Source of the DNA: an uncultured Gemmatimonadaceae bacterium
Lineage (GTDB): Bacteria; Gemmatimonadota; Gemmatimonadetes; Gemmatimonadales; Gemmatimonadaceae
Reading direction: 5' to 3'
Assembly (NCBI GenBank): GCA_964636485.1
Contig: CAZWSO010000034.1
Location: 1 to 19,939 of the forward strand
Length of the DNA stretch: 19,939 nt
Below the pieces are notes generated by a model, which was not told where the DNA came from, did not search any database, and was given only the letters and a program-made list of their open reading frames with translations. Shown here piece by piece: positions 1-6,494 of the stretch; the first letter of the stretch is position 1, and every line of letters begins with the position of its first letter. A program made the translations under genes and the position numbers.

Positions 1-439
1 GCAGCTCCGTCGCTACGTGCTTATGCAGGAGAGCGCAAATTTCGAGCGACCGGGGTCGCCGCTCGGTTAAAAGGTCCAGGAGGTGGTTCATAGTCCGCCC
101 CGAATCGACAATGTCCTCGACCAGGAGTATATGCTTGCCCTCGAGGACCGTTTCCGGGTCATAGACGAGCCGTACCGCACCACTGGACGTCATCGCCGTG
201 CCATAGCTCGCCGCCACGAGGAAATCGACCTGAAGAGGACGCTCGATCTGGCGCACGAGATCGCCGAGAAAAATGAAGCTCCCCTTCAGCAATCCCAGCA
301 CGAGCAGATCGCCATCGGGGTAACGACGGGTTATCTCGGCACCGAGCGAGCGCACACGTGCTGCGATCTGCTCGGCATCGAAGACGATGCGGCGTACGGC
401 TCGGCCATCGAGCCGCGGATCAGTTGCGGACACGCTCAC
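1..439 (-). CDS. hpt: hypoxanthine phosphoribosyltransferase, 3'-truncated by the window edge (N-terminal ~146 aa present)
   Basis: Manual minus-strand translation gives VSVSATDPRLDGRAVRRIVFDAEQIAARVRSLGAEITRRYPDGDLLVLGLLKGSFIFLGDLVRQIERPLQVDFLVAASYGTAMTSSGAVRLVYDPETVLEGKHILLVEDIVDSGRTMNHLLDLL... The VLGLLKGSFIF, DFLVAASYG and HILLVEDIVDSGRT PRPP-binding motifs are diagnostic of Hpt. GTG start at 439 (alternative GTG at 433) overlaps the tilS stop at 420-422. Not in the supplied ORF track because the ORF runs off the window. Confidence 0.8.
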   Translation of the reverse strand, partial: MSVSATDPRLDGRAVRRIVFDAEQIAARVRSLGAEITRRYPDGDLLVLGLLKGSFIFLGDLVRQIERPLQVDFLVAASYGTAMTSSGAVRLVYDPETVLEGKHILLVEDIVDSGRTMNHLLDLLTERRPRSLEICALLHKHVATEL

Positions 440-1763
440 AGGCGAATCGCACCACCGGCCTGCCGGACCGGGCGGTTGCCGCACTGCCGCGGCGGACCCC
501 AGGAACCCATTCGATCTGGTCGTCTACGAGGACGACCGGCCATCCACGACGTTCCGCGGCGTCGACGCCGGCGTTAGCGAAGAATCCCTTTACCCGGCGC
601 GGCGTCGTGCCGCCCTCCGGAACCATCCGGTCACCCGGTTGCCACGCGCGTACCGCAAGCCGGCTTCCGGCGGGCAGCTCCACCGACCAAAGCCCTGAGG
701 AGCTATCCACCCGGCGAAACAGCCACCGGTCGAACTTCAATCCATCCGTCAATGCCTGTTCCGCGCTTTCATTCGGCCGACCGGCACGCCGCAGACGCAA
801 CTCGTCGCGGTGCCGAACCACCTCGACGCCGCCGGATAGCTGAATACTGCCTCCCGACAGCCCCTCTGTAGTAAACGACGTGACGCGAACGGTTCCGCGC
901 CGGTCGAGGGTCACTCCTGCGCGCGCCGCCAAACTCTGCCAGATGAGTGCAAGTCCCTGTGAATCATAGCGAAGCAGCGCCTCTCGGGCAACGATGAGCA
1001 CGCCACCAGCCACCCGGTGCGGCACCGACTTCGTGACAAACGCATCCACCTCCTCGCGCAGGCCGGCAGCCCGCCGAGCCAGCGCCAACAGGTCAGCCGA
1101 AAGCTCGGGACGAGCCGTCACCAGGGCGGGAATGAGATCCAGACGTAAGCGATTGCGAAGAAAACGCCGCGAAAGGTTGGAGGGATCCTCTACCCACTCC
1201 AGCCGGTGCGCTGCCGCCCACGCAGCGACGGCGGCGCGTGAGCAGTCGATCATCGGTCGCGTAACGCCCGTGTTCGCGTACAGCGCCGCAAGTCCGCGTG
1301 CACCCGTATCGCGCAGGATACGCATCACCACTGTTTCAAGCTGATCGTCGCGCGTATGCGCCGTGGCGACTCGAGCACCGAGCCGTGCCGCATGCTCATG
1401 GAAGAAGGTCCACCGAACCTCTCGCAGCGCAGCTTCGGACCGCAGCGGGCGTTCGGCCCGGCCCCGGACCACGTCCCATCCGAGGGCGCTGGCGCGCGCC
1501 GCGGCGAGGGCGGCCGCCCTCGCTGCATGTGCGCCGGTGCCATGATCGAAGGTGGCAACCGCACCTACGATGTGAGGAGCAACCTTGGCGATCACATGCA
1601 TCATCACCATCGAATCGCGACCACCGGACACGGCAAGGAGCAGCGCCCGCTCGCCAGCTACCGCCGCGGCGACTTTCGCCTCTATCTCCGCCATGCCGGG
1701 ATCGTGGCTGCCTTGCACCATCGCCGTGCTCATGTCGTCTGGCCGACCTTCGCGCTTAGCCAT
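420..1763 (-). CDS. tilS: tRNA(Ile)-lysidine synthetase
   Basis: 447-aa ORF carrying the PP-loop ATPase motif LLLAVSGGRDSMVMMHV (SGGxDS). Length and the downstream hpt match the conserved tilS-hpt(-ftsH) arrangement. Start is uncertain: an AAGGAGG motif lies about 18 nt upstream of the ATG at 1763, which is long spacing, and internal Met codons at residues 11, 15 and 24 are alternatives. Confidence 0.85.
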   Translation of the reverse strand: MAKREGRPDDMSTAMVQGSHDPGMAEIEAKVAAAVAGERALLLAVSGGRDSMVMMHVIAKVAPHIVGAVATFDHGTGAHAARAAALAAARASALGWDVVRGRAERPLRSEAALREVRWTFFHEHAARLGARVATAHTRDDQLETVVMRILRDTGARGLAALYANTGVTRPMIDCSRAAVAAWAAAHRLEWVEDPSNLSRRFLRNRLRLDLIPALVTARPELSADLLALARRAAGLREEVDAFVTKSVPHRVAGGVLIVAREALLRYDSQGLALIWQSLAARAGVTLDRRGTVRVTSFTTEGLSGGSIQLSGGVEVVRHRDELRLRRAGRPNESAEQALTDGLKFDRWLFRRVDSSSGLWSVELPAGSRLAVRAWQPGDRMVPEGGTTPRRVKGFFANAGVDAAERRGWPVVLVDDQIEWVPGVRRGSAATARSGRPVVRFACERVRN

Positions 1764-1802
1764 AGATTGTGCCGTAAGCTTCCTCCTTCAACCAGGGGTT
1801 GA

Positions 1803-1848
1803 ACTTGGAGACACAGGGACCACTTGGCACCTTGTGGGCCGGACTTGG
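1803..1848. promoter_or_regulatory. three direct ACTTGG hexamers at exactly 20-bp spacing in the tilS/lemA divergent intergenic region
   Basis: ACTTGG occurs at 1803-1808, 1823-1828 and 1843-1848 (read directly). The two-helical-turn phasing places all three on one DNA face, inside the ~254-bp region between the divergent tilS and lemA starts. Confidence 0.3.
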
Positions 1849-2017
1849 CCTCAGTGCCTTCTACGTCGCGCTGATCTGGCTCAACGTCCTGCTCGGCGCC
1901 TTCCTCACACCGCTTTTCCTCATACCGGTCACGTGGTTCGTCGGTGGCAAACGCCGCCGGCACGCAGAGGGGCCGTAGCTTTCGGCACCCAGCCTGGAAT
2001 TATCTCCGGAGGTTCGC

Positions 2018-2599
2018 ATGGGCTTGATTCTGCTGCTCGTCGTCGTCGCCGCCATCACGTTCTGGGTCATCGGGGCATACAACAACCTGATCCGGCTGAA
2101 GAATCAGGTGTTGAACGCCTGGAAACAGATCGACGTGCAGCTCAAGCGCCGCTACGACCTGATCCCCAACCTGGTGGACACGGTGCGCGGCGCGATGCAG
2201 TTCGAGCGTGACACGCTGGAATCGGTGATCAAAGCGCGCAATCAGGCTATACAGGTCAGCGCGTCGAATGCCGGTGTGGCGGGCGTGGCCGCGGCCGAGA
2301 ATCAGCTCACCGCGGCTCTCGGCAAATTGTTCGCACTGGTGGAGGCATACCCGCAGCTCAAGGCGACCGGCAACGTCGCGCAGCTTCAGGAGGAGCTGAC
2401 ATCCACCGAGAACAAGATCGCTTTCGCGCGCCAGCACTACAACGACTCGGCCACACAGTATAACACCAAGCAGCAGCAATTCCCGACCAATCTCGTCGCG
2501 CCGCTCGCGCGTGCGACGCCGGCCGAGCTGTGGGAAATCACCGACGTGCAGGAGCGGAGCGTGCCACGAATCGATCTGTCGATGCGCCCGAGTCCGTGA
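2018..2599 (+). CDS. lemA: LemA family membrane protein
   Basis: 193 aa with an N-terminal TM helix (LILLLVVVAAITFWVIGAY) followed by the LemA signature region NNLIRLKNQVLNAWKQIDVQLKRRYDLIPNLVDTVRG...FERDTLESVIKARNQA. GGAGG sits 7 nt upstream of the ATG. Confidence 0.9.
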   Translation: MGLILLLVVVAAITFWVIGAYNNLIRLKNQVLNAWKQIDVQLKRRYDLIPNLVDTVRGAMQFERDTLESVIKARNQAIQVSASNAGVAGVAAAENQLTAALGKLFALVEAYPQLKATGNVAQLQEELTSTENKIAFARQHYNDSATQYNTKQQQFPTNLVAPLARATPAELWEITDVQERSVPRIDLSMRPSP

Positions 2600-3648
2600 A
2601 CGGCTACGGCCCAAACCTGTTCGACCAGCAGGAGGCAAACCGCCGCCGGTCGCGCTGGCTGGTGATCGGATTCGTTCTTTTCTTCAGCTGGCTGGGGTTT
2701 GGCGGCGACCTGATCATCTGGCTCTGGGCCGGGGACGCTGATCCGGGCGGCTACCGGCACGGTTTCCCCTGGCTGGGGATCGTCATGACCCTCATCGCCG
2801 GCGGGATCGCTCGTCATGCGTGGAAGACCGGACCGGAAAAAGTGCTCTGGGCCACGGGCGCCCGCGAATTACTCGATCCGCAGAGCGATGATGAGCGCCG
2901 CTATGTAAATGTTGTAGAGGAGATGGCGGTGGCCTCCGGACTTCCTCGCCCCCGCATCTGGATCATCGAGGATCCGGACCCCAACGCCTTCGCCACGGGG
3001 CGCGATCCGCACAGCGCCAGCGTCGCAGTTACCACGGGCCTGCTCGCGATATGCTCGCGCGACGAATTGCAGGGTGTGGTGGCGCACGAGATGGGACACG
3101 TCAAGAACCTGGACGTGCGTCTCATGACGCTGCTCGCCGCCCTGGTCGGCGCCGTGGCACTCATCTCCGAAGGACTGGGGCGAACTTTACGAATGGGCGT
3201 GCATCTCGGCGGAGGCCGCCGGGGTGGCGCAGGCCGCAGTGCGGGTCGGAAGGGAGGCAACCTCGGGCCCCTGCTGATCATCCTGCTCGCCGTCTGGATC
3301 ATCAGCTGGATCCTCGCGCCAATAGTCACCCGCGTGCTCGCCCTCGGCGTCAGCCGCCGGCGCGAGTATCTCGCCGACGCCATGGCGGCACAGTTCACGC
3401 GCAACCCAATGGCGCTGGCAACTGCGCTCGAGAAGATCGAGGGCGCACACGGGCCCACTAGATCGATCCACCCCGGCAGTGCACACCTGTGCATCTCGGA
3501 CCCCGCCGGACGCAAGCTCAATCAGCGCGAGGGGCGACTGGCAGAATTTTGGGGCACGCACCCACCGATGAATCTGCGCATCTCTCGGCTGAAGGCGATG
3601 GCATTTCAGGATCAAAAGCGCGCCGGTACGTTCGCCGTCTCGACCTGA
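2596..3648 (+). CDS. M48 family zinc metallopeptidase (HtpX-like), membrane-anchored
   Basis: HEMGH zinc motif plus the downstream REYLADAMAAQ glutamate motif, with N-terminal TM helices (WLVIGFVLFFSWLGFGG). I place the start at GTG 2596, which overlaps the lemA TGA stop as GTGA (translational coupling). The track ORF begins in frame at 2530, but that would overlap lemA by 70 nt. Confidence 0.85.
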   Translation: MNGYGPNLFDQQEANRRRSRWLVIGFVLFFSWLGFGGDLIIWLWAGDADPGGYRHGFPWLGIVMTLIAGGIARHAWKTGPEKVLWATGARELLDPQSDDERRYVNVVEEMAVASGLPRPRIWIIEDPDPNAFATGRDPHSASVAVTTGLLAICSRDELQGVVAHEMGHVKNLDVRLMTLLAALVGAVALISEGLGRTLRMGVHLGGGRRGGAGRSAGRKGGNLGPLLIILLAVWIISWILAPIVTRVLALGVSRRREYLADAMAAQFTRNPMALATALEKIEGAHGPTRSIHPGSAHLCISDPAGRKLNQREGRLAEFWGTHPPMNLRISRLKAMAFQDQKRAGTFAVST

Positions 3649-3818
3649 CGCGATGTTCGGGTCCAAACCATATCTAGCCGCTCTCGTAATGCCGCATATC
3701 TGAAGGCGTCAGTCGCGTGCGAAATCGACCGGTCGCGAGCAGCGCGACGGCGCCGCCAGCGGCTAGCGTTACGAACCCGGTGCCGAGAAGCGCGGATCGA
3801 TCTCATCAATATCAGACA

Positions 3819-3858
3819 GGCGGAGGCCGCCTGGCCTCCGCCTGGCTTGTTATTCGTG
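3819..3858. terminator. terminator hairpin between the convergent M48 and flotillin genes, potentially acting in both directions
   Basis: GGCGGAGGCC (3819-3828), loop GCCT, GGCCTCCGCC (3833-3842) form a perfect 10-bp GC stem. It is followed on the + strand by the T-rich TGGCTTGTTATTCGTG and lies 27 nt beyond the flotillin stop on the - strand. Confidence 0.6.
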
Positions 3859-3868
3859 CGCCCCACCG

Positions 3869-5269
3869 TTAGCGCAGCTCGGCCGGATCAGCAGGATAGT
3901 TGACGGCCGCTGCCGGCACGCTCGCCGTTGCAGCCTTTCGTGCCGCCGCCTGAAGGACAGACTGGATATCGACACCGAAAGCCGAGCCCAGTCCCTCGAT
4001 GGTACGGAATGCGGCGTTCACCCGCTGGTTGGCAGCGTTGCCAACTCCATCGCCAGCGCCGCCGTCGAGCACTACCAGGCGGTCGATCTCGATCCCCTTC
4101 ACCGCCTCAATGGAGGTGGCGAGTAGCGCAGGAAGCTTCTCCGCCATGAATACCGCAAATCCCTGCTCCCCGGAATTTGCGATCTGCTCGTAGATGAGCC
4201 GCAGCACCTCCACCTGTGCCTTGCCGTTCTCGAGAATCGGTGCCGCCTCGGCGCGAGCCTGGGCCTCGGCCGCCTTGCGGTGCGCTTCGGCAGGCTCCAC
4301 GACATCGGCCACGAGACGCCGCCGCTGCAGCTCCACGCGCTGGCTCTCGAGCAGCTGCTGCGCCTCCACCTCTGCCCGCTGCGCTTCCACCTTTGCCACT
4401 CGCTCCGTGGTCTCAGCCTCACGGTTCAGGTTCGCCTGCCGGACACGCAGCTCGTTGCGGGCCTCCGCAATCTTCACGTCCGCTTGCGCCTGCGCTACTT
4501 CCGCCACGCGCCGCGCCTCGGCCTGACGCTGCAGCACTTCTGCCTCCATCTCCGCCTGAGTCACCTCGGCTACTCGCCGCGCCTCAGCCTGCCGCTGTCG
4601 GGTCTCGGCCTCGTTCTGCGCTTCCGCTATCTGCGCCGACTTGAGAATCTGCGACGTCTTTGCTCGACCGACAGCGGCCAGATATCCCACCTCGTCGGTT
4701 ACGTTCTGAATCTTGAGGGTATCGAGCTGGAGGCCAAGTTTCTGGAGATCCTGATCCGCCTCCTGCAGGAGCTCCGCGGCGAACTTCAGCCGGTCTTCGT
4801 TCACTTCCTCGGGCGTGAGTGTCGCAAGCACGCCGCGAAGGTTGGCCGACAGTGTTTCCTTGGCCAACGCTTCGATCTCCTGAACCCGCTTGCCGAGCAG
4901 GCGCTCGACACCATTGTTGAACGTGGCTTCAGGTTCCGATGCCAATTTCACGTTCCCTACCGCCTGCACAGACAGCGGAATGCCTCCCTTTGAGAACGCG
5001 TTCTGCACGCTGAGCTCGATCGGAATCGTCGCCAGCTGCATCCATTGAACCTCCTCGATGATCGGCACGCGCAGTGTGCGGCCGCCGATCACTGCCCGAT
5101 ACCCCACGCCCCGTCCGTCCTCGAGCTGTCGTTTCCGTCCCGTGATGATGGCGGCTGTGTTGGGCGGTACAATGACGACTAGCGACTTGATGGTTGCAAT
5201 GAGGGCGATAAGCGCCAGAACAACGACTACGGCCGCGGCAACCGGCCCGACGAAGGTGATGTCTTCCAT
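3869..5269 (-). CDS. floT: flotillin family protein (SPFH/band 7 domain, FloT/YuaG-like)
   Basis: N-terminal TM helix then an SPFH domain (VVIVPPNTAAIITGRKRQ..., IPIELSVQNAFSKGGIPLSVQAVGNVK) and a long Glu/Ala/Arg/Gln-rich coiled-coil typical of flotillins. Start chosen at the ATG at 5269 (MEDITFVG) with AGGAGA 8 nt upstream. The track ORF extends to 5335 with a non-homologous leader. Confidence 0.9.
   Translation of the reverse strand: MEDITFVGPVAAAVVVVLALIALIATIKSLVVIVPPNTAAIITGRKRQLEDGRGVGYRAVIGGRTLRVPIIEEVQWMQLATIPIELSVQNAFSKGGIPLSVQAVGNVKLASEPEATFNNGVERLLGKRVQEIEALAKETLSANLRGVLATLTPEEVNEDRLKFAAELLQEADQDLQKLGLQLDTLKIQNVTDEVGYLAAVGRAKTSQILKSAQIAEAQNEAETRQRQAEARRVAEVTQAEMEAEVLQRQAEARRVAEVAQAQADVKIAEARNELRVRQANLNREAETTERVAKVEAQRAEVEAQQLLESQRVELQRRRLVADVVEPAEAHRKAAEAQARAEAAPILENGKAQVEVLRLIYEQIANSGEQGFAVFMAEKLPALLATSIEAVKGIEIDRLVVLDGGAGDGVGNAANQRVNAAFRTIEGLGSAFGVDIQSVLQAAARKAATASVPAAAVNYPADPAELR
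4508..4596. repeat. 66-nt tandem duplication inside the flotillin coiled-coil region
   Basis: cgccgcgcctcggcctgacgctg (4508-4530) and cgccgcgcctcagcctgccgctg (4574-4596) are 66 nt apart. They encode the repeated protein segment (L/R)QRQAEARRVAEV(T/A)QA. Confidence 0.6.
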
Positions 5270-5297
5270 GCTGCTTCTCTCCTGGGGTGAATGCCGG

Positions 5298-5843
5298 TCA
5301 GTCCACTTCCGCCGGCAGCTCCTCGACGGGTGCAACGAGTGCCGCCCCGTTTTTCATGTCCACGATGACCACCGATGTCCACTGCTCCGGGGCAATCGCG
5401 CTTTCTTCGTGCCCGAATGGCCGAGCGAGCAGTTCGTGCCTCCGCCCCCCACGCAACACGGCCACCTTTCCGAGACCGCCGCCACCGATCGGTACCGTAA
5501 TCTGAGCGGGAAGACCGATGAAGCCGTGATCGCCCTCCCGCTCGCCCGAATCCGTGGCGCGGAGATAGCGGAACACCAGGCTGGCCACCCCGCTGATCGC
5601 GAAGCCCGCGGCGGCGGCGAGTAGCAGGGTGATTATTGGGCCGCCACGCCAGGCCAGCGTCAGCGCGGTACCTACGCCGCCAAAGGTGAATAGAAAATAG
5701 ATAAGCGACCGAAGCGACAGAACCTTGAACGCCTCGGCGAATCCCGTATCGACACCGACGTCGTGATCGCCGTGATCGCTGAACAGCGACACGGCGAGCA
5801 GGCCGCCACCCAGAACGAGCGCGAAGAGAAAGAGCTGGAGCAT
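5298..5843 (-). CDS. nfeD: NfeD family protein (short form, membrane-anchored OB-fold partner of flotillin)
   Basis: 181 aa with several N-terminal TM helices and a C-terminal soluble beta-rich domain (GKVAVLRGGRRHELLARP...WTSVVIVDMKNGAALV). It sits immediately upstream of, and co-directional with, the flotillin gene (29-nt gap). nfeD-flotillin is a classic operon. Confidence 0.8.
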   Translation of the reverse strand: MLQLFLFALVLGGGLLAVSLFSDHGDHDVGVDTGFAEAFKVLSLRSLIYFLFTFGGVGTALTLAWRGGPIITLLLAAAAGFAISGVASLVFRYLRATDSGEREGDHGFIGLPAQITVPIGGGGLGKVAVLRGGRRHELLARPFGHEESAIAPEQWTSVVIVDMKNGAALVAPVEELPAEVD

Positions 5844-6007
5844 GCAAGACGGGGGATGAGACGACGGCCGGGATAGTGCCGCCTACGTTGTGGTCGCCGA
5901 CGGCGCAACGCAAGCACTCTCACACAGTCCCAGCCGCCATGTCCAATCCCTGCGCCCGGCGGACCGGTTATGACGGGGTAAACGGGGGGCTCCGCCCAGC
6001 CTGCGGT

Positions 6008-6030
6008 CCCCGCTCGAAGCGCGAGCGGGG
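6008..6030. other. GC-rich hairpin 19 nt beyond the isocitrate lyase remnant stop
   Basis: CCCCGCTCG (6008-6016), loop AAGCG, CGAGCGGGG (6022-6030) form a perfect 9-bp stem. No U-tract follows on either strand, so this is not a canonical intrinsic terminator. Confidence 0.3.
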
Positions 6031-6048
6031 TTGCCCTGCAGCGGTTCG

Positions 6049-6440
6049 TTATGCGCCCGACGCTTTCTTGAACTGCGCCGCTTCTGTGGATCCATCGAGC
6101 GCGCCAGTGGACGCCGCTCCCGCGGTAATGGTCATGAGCACCCGGTCGAACTAACCGGTGCCCGCCTCCCGCTGGTGACGCGTAGCCGTGTAGCCATCGC
6201 TCTCCGCCGCAAACTCCTCAGCCTGCAGGCGCACGTAGGCGGGCTCGTCACGATATGCCTGCGCGAGCGAGTACGTGTGGTAGTTCACCAGGTGCCGGCG
6301 AGAGTGATGAACTGGAAGCGGTAGCCGAACGTGGCCAGCTCGCGCTGGAAGCGAACGGTGGTCTCGTCATCGAGATGCTTCTGCCAGGTTGAACGAAGGG
6401 CGAACAGTTGTACGCCAGCGAATCCCCCACTGCAGCTCTT
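6049..6440 (-). pseudogene. aceA: isocitrate lyase (aceA) 3' remnant: N-terminally truncated, two frameshifts, one in-frame TAG
   Basis: Three consecutive minus-strand frames together spell the C-terminal ~130 aa of isocitrate lyase: ...[11 protein letters not shown], then [33 protein letters not shown], then [80 protein letters not shown]. Compare the canonical KLLAYNCSPSFNWKKHLDD...FQKEL...KFQFITLAG(F)H(A)LNY...GYTATKHQREVG(A)GYFD...TALTGSTEE.QF. The frame changes near 6395 and 6290 are -1 shifts, and the TAG replaces the conserved Tyr of GYFD. The ~300 N-terminal codons are absent because aceB ends at 6495. Confidence 0.8.
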
Positions 6441-6494
6441 CCTGGTTCCAGCGGGTTCGCAGTTGAGCAGCTTCCGTGGCGTCCTCTCGAGCAC

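Noticed and set aside
1764-1795. AAGGAGG motif and 11-codon mini-ORF upstream of tilS
   Set aside because: The SD-like motif is ~18 nt from the tilS ATG, which is too far for standard initiation. It could serve the tiny out-of-frame ORF (LKEEAYGTIYG*), but there is nothing to support a leader-peptide function. Left as an unresolved start-site issue for tilS.
1585-2211. 208-aa ORF on the + strand spanning the tilS start and the lemA start
   Set aside because: It overlaps two well-supported genes in other frames and crosses the intergenic region. The sequence is Arg/Ala-rich with no family features.
2530-2595. In-frame 5' extension of the M48 protease ORF to 2530
   Set aside because: It would overlap lemA by 70 nt, whereas GTG 2596 gives a classic GTGA stop/start overlap. 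The extension has no homology value.
5058-5913. Several 180-230-aa ORFs (5058..5624 +, 5227..5913 -) over nfeD and flotillin
   Set aside because: These are alternative frames or antisense of the nfeD and flotillin genes. They are Arg-rich and lack domain features.
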